In this document: positions 9,218 through 18,151 of the stretch, in pieces
Layout of the letters: each line of letters starts with the position of its first letter
Numbering within the stretch: position 1 is the first letter of the stretch
Assembly (NCBI GenBank): GCA_963737155.1
Contig: CAVTRN010000001.1
Span: forward strand, 1,376,001-1,440,000
Source of the DNA: Nitrospirota bacterium
GTDB lineage: Bacteria > Nitrospirota > UBA9217
Length of the DNA stretch: 64,000 bases
Direction: 5' to 3'
Notes under the pieces: generated by a model
Told to the model about the DNA's origin: nothing
Databases searched by the model: none
Seen by the model: the letters and a program-made list of their open reading frames with translations, nothing else
Program-made: the position numbers and the translations under genes

Positions 9218-9271
9218 TACTGCCGTAGCAGGCATGAAGAGATAGTCGGCCAAAGGAGAGAAGTGACGAGT

Positions 9272-9304
9272 CGAGGGGCCGCACCGCCAATGCGACGCCC
9301 CTCG
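9272..9304. terminator. Hairpin between the convergent trxB and lemA genes
   Basis: CGAGGGGC...GCCCCTCG inverted repeat; no strong U tail. Confidence 0.4.
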
Positions 9305-9318
9305 TTAAAGCTGGCAGT

Positions 9319-9897
9319 TTAGTTAAACTGTACCGTCGGCACTTGCTTTTCCGCCTGCGGAATTTCATAGTATTGGGCTTCGTTCACTCCTGCCAGGGAA
9401 GCAAAGAATCTTCCAAATACGGTCCTTCGATAAGTGTTGAGCGCCTTCACGTCGTCATTGTACCGCATCCGTTCCACGGCGATCCGGTTTTCCGTTCCCT
9501 CTAGGCTGTCCTGCAGCTTCAGGAATGATTCATTGGCTTTGAGCTGGGGATAGGATTCCTGCAGCATCAAGAGACGAGAAAGGACCCCTTCCAATTGCTG
9601 CGATGACTGGATCTTGTCCTTCACTGTGGCCGCCTGAAAATATTTTGTTCGCGCATTTGCGATATTTTCGAACAGTTCCTTCTCGTGTTTGGCGTACCCT
9701 TTCACGGTTTCCACGAGATTCGGGATCAAATCGTAGCGCCGCTTCAACTGGTTTTCTACTTGGGCCCACTGCGATTTCACCTGTTCATCCATGGACACAA
9801 CCTGATTGTACTGGCTTATCCCCCATGTAAAGCTACCGATAGCGATGAGCGCGACAACTGCCAAAATAATCAATAACACCTTAACTCCGTTGCTCAT
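9319..9897 (-). CDS. lemA: LemA family protein
   Basis: N-terminal TM helix; WAQVENQLKRRYDLIPNLVETVKGYA, YPQLKANE and LEGTENRIAVERMRYN. Confidence 0.95.
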   Translation of the reverse strand: MSNGVKVLLIILAVVALIAIGSFTWGISQYNQVVSMDEQVKSQWAQVENQLKRRYDLIPNLVETVKGYAKHEKELFENIANARTKYFQAATVKDKIQSSQQLEGVLSRLLMLQESYPQLKANESFLKLQDSLEGTENRIAVERMRYNDDVKALNTYRRTVFGRFFASLAGVNEAQYYEIPQAEKQVPTVQFN

Positions 9898-10013
9898 TTT
9901 TCCTCCTAATAAGAACAGTCTTTTTTAGGGCCTGAGTTCTGAGTGCGAAGCATACATGCTGGAAAAGTTATGGATCGTAGACTCGAGACTAATAAAACTG
10001 AAAACGAATCTAT

Positions 10014-10796
10014 CTACCATCCCCCCGATGCTCCGCCTCCTCCTCCGCTGCCGCCACCGCCCCCTCCGAAACTGCCACCACCAAAACCGCCCGCTCCTCC
10101 TGACCAGCCGCCTCTGCCTCCTCCCATCGAGGAGGCTAGTATCAGGATCAGGCATTGCCCTGGATGGGTTATGAAAAGTACGATTGCTCCGAGAGCGAAG
10201 ATGCCGAATATGACTATCTGCAGAGGACCGAGCGGCTTAGCTGCGTCGACCGCGCGCTGCTGGCGGAAACCGGGCATGCCGGTGATCTGCACACCTTCAT
10301 GGTCGGCTATCGTATTGGCAACTACGAGTGCGGCGGCATAAATGCCGGTGCCGAAGTCGCCATTTCTAAAATAAGGCACTAGATATTCACGGCCGATCGA
10401 TCCGACCATGCTGTCGGGAAGCACACTTTCCAGTCCGTATCCGATCTCGAACCGGTATTTTCTGTCCTTAACTGCAACGGCGATCAGCACGCCGTTGTCC
10501 TTACCTTTTTGCCCGAGCTTCCATTGTTCTTTTATATTGAATGCGAATTCTTCGATGCTCTGGCCGTCGAGACTCTGGACGGTGAGGACAAGGACTTGCG
10601 CGCCGGTTTTCTGTTCGAGTTCCTTGAGGTAGGCATTCAGCCGGGACTGCAACTCTTCCGGGATAACGCTGGCAAGATCGACGACATAATCGTGCGGAAT
10701 TGCCGGCGGCTGCGGCGTCGAGGCCGCAGCAAGGGATACGCAGAGGGACATGAAAAAAAACGCCACGAGAATGAAGCGTTTATACATGGAGTTCAT
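10014..10796 (-). CDS. TPM domain protein (YgcG family) with Gly-rich tail
   Basis: Signal peptide, VVDLA, W.LGQKGKDNGVL, FEIGYGLE, TM helix and GGGGASGGW end; start 10796 or 10787 overlaps the upstream stop. Confidence 0.92.
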   Translation of the reverse strand: MNSMYKRFILVAFFFMSLCVSLAAASTPQPPAIPHDYVVDLASVIPEELQSRLNAYLKELEQKTGAQVLVLTVQSLDGQSIEEFAFNIKEQWKLGQKGKDNGVLIAVAVKDRKYRFEIGYGLESVLPDSMVGSIGREYLVPYFRNGDFGTGIYAAALVVANTIADHEGVQITGMPGFRQQRAVDAAKPLGPLQIVIFGIFALGAIVLFITHPGQCLILILASSMGGGRGGWSGGAGGFGGGSFGGGGGGSGGGGGASGGW

Positions 10797-11526
10797 CGAT
10801 GATTTTTCCTGTGGATTCGAGGGCATGATAGTAGTTCTCGAAAAATGCGTGCAGTTCATTCTCAGAGAGTTTTATGCGTTGTGCTTTAAGCGCGAGCAGC
10901 TTGTCAAATATGCCGGTATCAACGCCCGTTGCTGCCCCGAGCATACGTATTACCTCAACTCGTTCGACAGGAGGGACCTGGCCGAGCAAAGTGATAATTG
11001 CCCGGAACAGAGCCATGGAGCCGGTGATCGATTTTACCAGGGCCGCTGTAAGATGTTCCTTCTTCCCGAGTGAGGAAATATATCCTTGCCGCACCTGGAT
11101 GAGTCTTGTTTTAATCTCGCGCTCGCACTGCAGTCTGAGATTGCGTCCGGAGATGTTGAGGTCCTTCAGAATGTCAGAGCCGAACACAGTTTTATGGATG
11201 AGCTTGAAATCGAGAAACTCTACGGGAAAGGCATTGAGTGATTGATGGATATATTCAGGCGTCATCACCAGCGGCGCGGCTATATGTTTTTTCCCATATT
11301 TTTTGCCGAGCGGCGCCAGGAAAGCAATGAACTGCAAGTCCATGTTGTTGAGAAGAATGACCGAATTGATATCCGATAGCCTTTCGTCGTAGTCGGAGAT
11401 TACTGCGCTTCCCACTATATGAAAGGAGTGAATGTTCGAGCCATGCTCTCCGAACAGATCCTCTACCATAGGCGAAACTTTCTGAGCAACTGCGGGATTG
11501 AGTCCTCTAAAATCAAGGTTTTTCAT
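10780..11526 (-). CDS. Nucleotidyltransferase-fold hypothetical protein of the lemA operon
   Basis: GSAV..DY...LSDIN (pol-beta-like GS..DxD with N at the second position), FPVEFLD and LRLQCEREIK; ATG 11526 follows a TGcTATAAT promoter. Confidence 0.75.
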   Translation of the reverse strand: MKNLDFRGLNPAVAQKVSPMVEDLFGEHGSNIHSFHIVGSAVISDYDERLSDINSVILLNNMDLQFIAFLAPLGKKYGKKHIAAPLVMTPEYIHQSLNAFPVEFLDFKLIHKTVFGSDILKDLNISGRNLRLQCEREIKTRLIQVRQGYISSLGKKEHLTAALVKSITGSMALFRAIITLLGQVPPVERVEVIRMLGAATGVDTGIFDKLLALKAQRIKLSENELHAFFENYYHALESTGKIIDELHV

Positions 11527-12325
11527 AGTGGCGCTATTATAGCATAGGAGAGGGTTATTCACAATAAATCTAAATGCGGGGAATGCGGGGCATTGCACCA
11601 GAGATCATCTCCCTGCGTGTTGCTTTTCCGCGCGAACGCTCGACTCTTGATTCGATGGAAATCGCGGATTCTGTTGTGATTCTCAAGTTCGGTTTCCCAA
11701 AAGTTTCAGGATGGGAGAAACGATGGAGGGCATTCATCCAAGCTGGCAGGTCGTATTTATTCTTTTGCACAGTAAAACCTCGTCTCTTCAGGACGGGGAT
11801 CTAAGGCGCTGGTCACAATACAACCAAAAACATATAGCTTCTGAGAAAATAGCAGACAAGTGTTCACCTTTTTGCTATCGAAACCGTAACAAAGGCAGCA
11901 CAACCCAGTGCGAAGAAGTGTGCTGGCAGTTTCTCTAAGGCAACGCACTTTGGATACTGCACAAGTATTAAAGCAGGAGATGCGTTGCGAAAAAGGGACG
12001 GAGGACGGGTCGCTTTATTCTCGTACCTCGGGCGCGCAATTGAAAAAATAAAAGTAGATTCTGTTATTGGACTCAATACAGCGGCAATGCGGTGTACATC
12101 ATGTGTTTCATGGGGAGTCTTTGCAGGATCAATGTCTTGTGTGTCTTTGGGATGAGCCGCGATTAGGTAAAAAATCAAGAGGGGATCTCGATATTCTAAA
12201 TGATGCGCCTAGTCGGATGATCATGCGCTTTGCTTCACGAGTGGGTCGGCCCTCTTGTGAGCTTCTCCGAAGCATGGGATACCCTTCCCCGGTATCCCCT
12301 TGTTCGATTCCACCCATCGGAAAGC

Positions 12326-12355
12326 AAAAAGATCGGTAGAATAACCGATCTTTTT
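12326..12355. terminator. Intrinsic (bidirectional-type) terminator immediately 3' of tRNA-Leu
   Basis: AAAAAGATCGGT-agaata-ACCGATCTTTTT perfect 12-bp stem. Confidence 0.8.
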
Positions 12356-12358
12356 TAT

Positions 12359-12445
12359 TGGTGCCGGCGGTCGGAATCGAACCGACATGGAGTTGCCCCC
12401 GGAGGATTTTGAGTCCTCTGCGTCTACCAGTTTCACCACGCCGGC
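12359..12445 (-). tRNA. tRNA-Leu(CAA)
   Basis: GCCGGCG acceptor stem, GAGGA-CT CAA AA-TCCTC anticodon arm, long variable arm, GTTCGATTC and encoded CCA. Confidence 0.97.
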
Positions 12446-12493
12446 ACGGAGTAAAAGTTACACCAACCCTTATTTTCTGTCAAGTAAAAAGGC

Positions 12494-12522
12494 TTGCATC
12501 TTGTGAATCGGATTTGTATAAT
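12494..12522 (+). promoter_or_regulatory. Sigma-70 promoter, divergent from the tRNA-Leu promoter
   Basis: TTGCAT-17 nt-TATAAT, 8 nt before ATG 12531; opposite-strand TTGACA at 12483-12478 faces tRNA-Leu. Confidence 0.6.
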
Positions 12523-12530
12523 AACCATCT

Positions 12531-13004
12531 ATGCTTACGGGGTATAATACCGACTTTAAATTTCAGGGGATAATCTACCACGTACAAACCGAAGACGGCG
12601 GGACACACAGCCCCTCCATAACATCTCTCTTGTACCAGCAGGGCGCGATTCTCGCCTCACGCAAGACAAGCTACGCCGATATTCTTAAGGCCGACTGCCT
12701 GGAAGAAGTTGTGCATCAGCTCATGATGGAGCAGCATAAACAGATGATCCGTGATCTGATGCACGGTAAGATTGAGCTTCATACAGCGCCGCGCGAAGCA
12801 TTCTCTCAGTCGACACCATTCCGCAGGGCCGCTCCCGCACCCAAAGAAGCGCCGGTTGCGCCGGTCAAGGAAAAGGAGCCCGTAAAATCAGCGTCCACTC
12901 TGATGCCTCTGGAGATAAATGCCGAAGAAAAGGGAAAAAGCCTTGATGACATTATTCTGGACTTTCTTGCCCAAGAGCAAAAAGAACAGAGTCAAAAGAA
13001 GTAG
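12531..13004 (+). CDS. Conserved hypothetical protein
   Basis: N-terminal GYNTD..YHVQTED.G domain, Pro/Ala/Lys linker and C-terminal KSLDDIILDFL motif. Confidence 0.8.
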   Translation: MLTGYNTDFKFQGIIYHVQTEDGGTHSPSITSLLYQQGAILASRKTSYADILKADCLEEVVHQLMMEQHKQMIRDLMHGKIELHTAPREAFSQSTPFRRAAPAPKEAPVAPVKEKEPVKSASTLMPLEINAEEKGKSLDDIILDFLAQEQKEQSQKK

Positions 13005-13144
13005 ATTCATTATCAGAAGCACGGTTGAATTCCGATTATCGCGTTTCAGGCCGCATCAGCCGAATATCGATACCGGAATAACACAAAGCGCATGCGCCCA
13101 TTTGGAGCACATAATAAAGCTGTACTAAACAGGAGGTTTGTTGC

Positions 13145-13987
13145 ATGGCAGTTTCGAGCGAGCAGTTGAAGGTTTTGACGGACAGGGCACGAAGAATCCG
13201 GATCGACATTCTGAAGATGCTTACTGGGTGCGGTTCCGGCCATACGGGTGGCAGCCTGTCCTCGGCCGACATCGCAACAGCGCTTTATTTTTATAAAATG
13301 AAATACGACCCAAAAAAACCGGACTGGAAAGGCCGCGACCACTTTATTCTTTCGAAGGGCCATGCGGCGCCACTCTTGTATACGGTTTTGGCCCATGCTG
13401 GATATTTTGAACACGCAGAACTCTGCACGCTCCGCAAACTCGGTTCACGGCTCCAGGGACATCCGGACAGCAAATATCTCCCTGGAGTTGAAATTTCAAC
13501 GGGTTCACTCGGGCAGGGTCTGTCCGTGGCTAACGGGATCGCCCTCGCGCACAAGCTCGACAAGACACCGAACCGAGTCTATGCTCTGCTCGGCGACGGA
13601 GAGCTCCAGGAAGGGCAGATCTGGGAAGCGGCCATGACCGCAGCCCACTACAAACTTGACAACATCTGCGCACTGGTGGACAACAACGGTCTGCAGATCG
13701 ACGGGCCGGTGGCAAAGGTGATGGGTGTGGAGCCGATCACAGACAAATGGCGTGCATTCGGTTGGGCGGTCATTGATGTCGGAGGCCACGATATGGCGAA
13801 AATCATTGACGCCCTTGACGAGGCCGAGACGATAAAGGGAAAACCTACGATGATTGTTTGCCGTACGGTTAAAGGAAAGGGTTCGAAGGTATTCGAAGGC
13901 AAAGTTGAATTTCATGGCACGACGCCGTCCAAAGAGGAGCTCGAAATAGCCATAAAAGAGCTTTCCGAGGAAACGGTCTGCAAGTAA
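13145..13987 (+). CDS. Transketolase, N-terminal (TPP-binding) subunit
   Basis: SGHTGGSLS, FILSKGHAAP, LQGHP, TGSLGQG and GDGELQEGQIWEA. Confidence 0.95.
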   Translation: MAVSSEQLKVLTDRARRIRIDILKMLTGCGSGHTGGSLSSADIATALYFYKMKYDPKKPDWKGRDHFILSKGHAAPLLYTVLAHAGYFEHAELCTLRKLGSRLQGHPDSKYLPGVEISTGSLGQGLSVANGIALAHKLDKTPNRVYALLGDGELQEGQIWEAAMTAAHYKLDNICALVDNNGLQIDGPVAKVMGVEPITDKWRAFGWAVIDVGGHDMAKIIDALDEAETIKGKPTMIVCRTVKGKGSKVFEGKVEFHGTTPSKEELEIAIKELSEETVCK

Positions 13988-14122
13988 TTTTTTCATAAAA
14001 GGAAACATGAACAAGGTGCGATTCTAAAAAACAAATTAGACAGATCGATATTCGTTGAGAATTCGGGTACGCTCTCTGCCGGATAGTGTCATGGTATCCT
14101 GTCTAAAAATATTGGAGGACAT

Positions 14123-15064
14123 GTGACAAAGGTTGCTACGAGAGACGCATACGGGGATGCGCTGGTCAGCCTCGGGAAAAGAAGGGACGATGTAGTCGTG
14201 CTTGATGCAGACCTTTCGGGGTCCACGAAAACTGCGAAGTTCGCCAAGACGTTTCCGGACCGGTTTTTCAACATTGGCATAGCTGAGCAGGACATGATGG
14301 GCACCGCTGCGGGGCTCGCCGTCGGGGGCAAGCTGCCCTTTGTGAGCACCTTCGCGATTTTTGCCACCGGACGGGCATGGGAACAGGTTCGGCAGTCAAT
14401 CTGTTATCCGAACCTAAGCGTTAAGATCGTGGCGAGCCATGCGGGCATCACCGTGGGAGAGGATGGCGGTTCGCACCAGTCCATCGAGGACATCGCCGTG
14501 ATGCGAGTGATTCCGAACATGACGGTGATCGTGCCGGCGGACGGACCCGAGACAATGCAGGCTGTCGAGGCGGTGGCCGAGCTTAAGGGTCCTTGCTATG
14601 TACGCGTAGGCCGTAATAAAGTTCCGACGCTCTTCGGCGAAGGCTACATATTCAAGATCGGCAAAGCTCATGTATTCAACGAGGGCAAGGATGCGGTAAT
14701 CATCGCCGCGGGCATTATGGTTGCCGAAGCGCTGAAGGCGAGGGACCTGCTCAAGGCTGAGGGAATTGATGCCGGTGTGATCAACATGTCCACCATCAAG
14801 CCGATTGATGCCGATGCCATCATCGCCGCAGCGAACCGAAGCGGCGCCGTGGTTACGGCTGAAGAGCATTCGATCATCGGGGGCTTGGGTGGCGCAGTGG
14901 CGGAAGTGCTGTCGGAATCCGCTCCCGTACCGCTCGTTCGCGTGGGGGTCAAGGATGCCTTCGGCACATCGGGCGATCAGGAAGGACTTCTCAAGCATTA
15001 CGGTATCTCCGCTGAGAACATCGTGGCTTCTGTGAAAGAGGCTATTAAGAAAAAGAGGCGTTAA
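14123..15064 (+). CDS. Transketolase, C-terminal subunit
   Basis: ATRDAYG, LDADLSGST, GIAEQDM, GEDGGSHQ and EEHSIIGGLG. Confidence 0.95.
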   Translation: MTKVATRDAYGDALVSLGKRRDDVVVLDADLSGSTKTAKFAKTFPDRFFNIGIAEQDMMGTAAGLAVGGKLPFVSTFAIFATGRAWEQVRQSICYPNLSVKIVASHAGITVGEDGGSHQSIEDIAVMRVIPNMTVIVPADGPETMQAVEAVAELKGPCYVRVGRNKVPTLFGEGYIFKIGKAHVFNEGKDAVIIAAGIMVAEALKARDLLKAEGIDAGVINMSTIKPIDADAIIAAANRSGAVVTAEEHSIIGGLGGAVAEVLSESAPVPLVRVGVKDAFGTSGDQEGLLKHYGISAENIVASVKEAIKKKRR

Positions 15065-15098
15065 CGTTTACGAACATGAAGTTAGAGAAACAACCGGG

Positions 15099-15177
15099 GA
15101 ACCGCGAAGTCGCGAAGGACGAGAATAAAGGACGATATTCAGTATCAACCTTTGCGCTCTTCGCGTCTTGGCGGTTC
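15099..15177. repeat. REP-like imperfect palindrome with 9-nt periodicity
   Basis: GAACCGCGAAGTCGCGAAG ... CTTTGCGCTCTTCGCGTCTTGGCGGTTC. Confidence 0.7.
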
Positions 15178-15236
15178 ATCTTGTTAGGAGCCCAACTGCT
15201 GGGGAGGACGTCGGAGCGTATCGTTTGTTTTGAATC

Positions 15237-15980
15237 ATGATCAAGCTATATCGGGTGACCAAATACTATGAGGGCGTTCCCGCTCTGAGCGATGTAAGCT
15301 TCGTCGTGGAAAAGGGGGAGTTTGTGTTTGTTACCGGCCCCAGCGGCGCTGGTAAGAGCACGCTCCTCAAGGTAATCTTCTGCGCGGAACATGCTGATGA
15401 AGGGAAGATCGTCATCCAGGGCATCAACACTTTTCAACTGAAATCCTCGGACATACCCTATCTCCGGCGGAACATGGGCTTTGTCTTCCAGGATTACAAA
15501 CTTCTCTCCCATAAAACAGTATTCGAAAATATAACCCTAGCGCTCAAAGTTGTGGGCACTCCTTACGGCGAGATTGAACGACGGGCCATACAGGTACTGA
15601 AAAAAGTCGGCATGTACGAAAAACGCCACCTGACGCCGCCCAAACTCTCGGGCGGCGAGCAGCAGAAAGTCGCCGTAGCGCGGGCGCTCGTGAACGAGCC
15701 GCAGATGCTTCTCGCCGATGAGCCTACGGGTAACCTAGACCTTCAAAGCGCGCAGGAAGTGTTCCGTCTATTTCGGGACATTAACATGAAGGGCACAACG
15801 GTGCTCGTGGCCACTCATGATTGGGACATGGTGAGAAAGATGCGCCGCCGCATCATCTCTATGGAGCGAGGGAAGATCATAGACGACGGAAGCAATGCCG
15901 TGAAGAGCCAGTCTCAGCTCTCGTTTCTGGATCAGGAAGAGAGTGCAGAAGGACTGGTTGCGCGTGAGGGGGAGCTGTGA
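15237..15980 (+). CDS. ftsE: Cell division ATP-binding protein FtsE
   Basis: [24 protein letters not shown] and [11 protein letters not shown]; lies upstream of ftsX. Confidence 0.93.
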   Translation: MIKLYRVTKYYEGVPALSDVSFVVEKGEFVFVTGPSGAGKSTLLKVIFCAEHADEGKIVIQGINTFQLKSSDIPYLRRNMGFVFQDYKLLSHKTVFENITLALKVVGTPYGEIERRAIQVLKKVGMYEKRHLTPPKLSGGEQQKVAVARALVNEPQMLLADEPTGNLDLQSAQEVFRLFRDINMKGTTVLVATHDWDMVRKMRRRIISMERGKIIDDGSNAVKSQSQLSFLDQEESAEGLVAREGEL

Positions 15981-16864
15981 GAGGGTACGGGCTGTTTTAC
16001 TTTATGTCAGAAGCCATACGCGGGCTTCGTTCCAACAGCCTGGTGAACCTACTTGCCATAGGCACGATCAGCATGGCTATGCTCATTGTCGGTTTCTTTC
16101 TGATCGTGTTCTTCAACGTCCGCTCGGCCGTTAACACGCTTGGTGACCGGCTCGAAATGTCGGTATACCTGAAGGATGGCCTGACGCAGCAAGAGAAAGA
16201 TTATCTGTACGGTCGCATCGTAAAGGAGCCCGGCGTCAGGAAGGCCACATATCTGTCGAAAGACCAAGCGCTTGAACTGTTTAAAAAAGAATTAAAAGGT
16301 CAGGAAGCGTTGATCCAGGGTCTGGGAGAAAACCCGCTTCCGGACTCTTTTGAGCTTACAATCGACCGCAGCCATGCCGACAAGGACCGGATCGCCGCCA
16401 TTGCGAAGAACATATCCGCCTGTCCGGGCGTAGAGGACGTGTCCTATGGAAAACAGGGCGCTGAGTTGATTGCAACCTTGTACAAGCTTCTTGCCTATGG
16501 CGGTATGGCGCTAGCGATCCTGCTCGGCGTGTCCGTCGTTTTCATCATATCCAATTCGGTGCGGCTCGCCCTCTATTCGCGAGGGCAGGAAATTGAACTT
16601 ATGCAGTGGATCGGGGCGACCCGCGGATTCATCCAGGGGCCCTTCCTGATCGAAGGTGCGCTGCTTGCCATGCTCGGTTCGGCTCTCGCAGTCAGCATCC
16701 TAGCCGCAATCTATTATTTGCTGCCGCCCGAGGTGGTGATGCTCGTGTCGCGGCCAAATGGGCTGGACTTTTTGCCGCTGGCAGTGGTATCATATATGAT
16801 CGTTGGGGGCGGCTTGCTCGGCCTGGCCGGAGGGCTGGTTTCAGTCAGCAGGTTCCTTGAGTAG
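15977..16864 (+). CDS. ftsX: Cell division permease FtsX
   Basis: 4 TM helices; ENPLPDSF, IISNSVRL..R..EIELM and GATRGFI.GPFLIEG. Confidence 0.93.
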   Translation: MRGYGLFYFMSEAIRGLRSNSLVNLLAIGTISMAMLIVGFFLIVFFNVRSAVNTLGDRLEMSVYLKDGLTQQEKDYLYGRIVKEPGVRKATYLSKDQALELFKKELKGQEALIQGLGENPLPDSFELTIDRSHADKDRIAAIAKNISACPGVEDVSYGKQGAELIATLYKLLAYGGMALAILLGVSVVFIISNSVRLALYSRGQEIELMQWIGATRGFIQGPFLIEGALLAMLGSALAVSILAAIYYLLPPEVVMLVSRPNGLDFLPLAVVSYMIVGGGLLGLAGGLVSVSRFLE

Positions 16865-16883
16865 CGGAAACGGGGAAGGAACA

Positions 16884-18053
16884 ATGACGATCTCCCGCGT
16901 ATTCCTCTTTATGATGCTGTTAGCCCTTCTAGCAGGAGCTGCAAGGCCGTCCGTCTTCGGTGAGGACGGTTCATCGGACTCTGCGAAGGAGTTAGAGCGC
17001 ATTCAGCGCGAAATGCGGGTAAAGAAAAATGATATCCGGCGGGCTGACCGGAAGGAACGGTCAGTTCTGAGTGATCTCGAAAAAATTGATCGTGATATTC
17101 AGTCGGGTAGCAGCGAGCTGGCGGACCAGCAAAGACGGCTTAACGAAACTGAGGCTTCCCTTCGCATCATCGAGGCAAACAGCACCAAGCTCAATCAAGA
17201 CCTGGGCGAACTGAGAACGCTTTATGGCCAGCGGATTCGGGCGCTGTACAAGATGCACCGTAGCAGCGGAGCCGACATGGTTTCGGCAACGGACGGTCTA
17301 GTGGGCATCGCCAGGCATTTCAAGTATCTGGGCCTGATTGCCGAGCGGGACAGCCGAATTATTGGTGAATACGGAAATGCGCTTGGCCGACTTACGGAGC
17401 AGCAGAGACAGATTGCCTTAAAAAAAGCTGAAATACTGGAGAGCAGATTGGGGGTTGTTTCAAAGAAAGTGGAGCTTGAAACAAAGAGACGGTGGAAAGC
17501 GGCCATCCTCACAAATGTGCGGCAGCAAAAGGGCCTTTATACGCATACATTGCACGAGCTTGAGGAAGCGTCGGTCAGCCTCTGGGCCATGGTTAGGAAA
17601 GACGAGGAGGAGCGGCGAAACCAGATACATTCAGCCCCTCCCGCGGCAGTCCACGGTGAGACTGGTAGCCTGCCATGGCCTCTTGACGGGTCTGTGCTTA
17701 CACGATTCGGTTTGCAGCGTCACCCGCAATTCGGGACCATGGTCTTCCGCAGGGGCATTGAAATTAGTGCCCATGAGGGGCAGTCGGTCTATGCTGTCGA
17801 GAACGGCCAAGTGGCCTATGCGGACTGGTATAAGGGATACGGGAAACTTGTGATCCTTGACCACGGCGGCGGACTATACACTCTCTATGGAAATCTTTTC
17901 AAGCTGGACCATGCGAAGGGCGATTATGTTGTCAAGGGTCAGGAACTCGGGCTTGCGGGGGAAACGGGGAGTCTAAAAGGATCGAAATTATACTTTGAGA
18001 TACGCTGGAACGGCGAGGCGCAAGACCCTCTTCACTGGCTGGCCAAACGGTAG
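16884..18053 (+). CDS. envC: Murein hydrolase activator EnvC (coiled coil plus degenerate M23 domain)
   Basis: Signal peptide, long coiled coil, LPWP..G, GYGKLVILDHG and LYFEIR; zinc ligands absent; ftsEX context. Confidence 0.88.
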   Translation: MTISRVFLFMMLLALLAGAARPSVFGEDGSSDSAKELERIQREMRVKKNDIRRADRKERSVLSDLEKIDRDIQSGSSELADQQRRLNETEASLRIIEANSTKLNQDLGELRTLYGQRIRALYKMHRSSGADMVSATDGLVGIARHFKYLGLIAERDSRIIGEYGNALGRLTEQQRQIALKKAEILESRLGVVSKKVELETKRRWKAAILTNVRQQKGLYTHTLHELEEASVSLWAMVRKDEEERRNQIHSAPPAAVHGETGSLPWPLDGSVLTRFGLQRHPQFGTMVFRRGIEISAHEGQSVYAVENGQVAYADWYKGYGKLVILDHGGGLYTLYGNLFKLDHAKGDYVVKGQELGLAGETGSLKGSKLYFEIRWNGEAQDPLHWLAKR

Positions 18054-18151
18054 ACGGCGACGAAATAGAATTTGTTTTTGCAATTTTCAAGTAGGCGTGC
18101 TATTTTTATGTAGCATTTATATTCTGCGCATATTCTTCCAGGAGAGTACTT

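Noticed and set aside
9943-10341. Pro-rich ORF
   Set aside because: Antisense shadow of the Gly-rich tail of the TPM protein.
11570-12220. Several 60-100-aa ORFs between the lemA operon and tRNA-Leu
   Set aside because: No RBS, motif or consistent coding signal that I could recognise; possibly decayed DNA.
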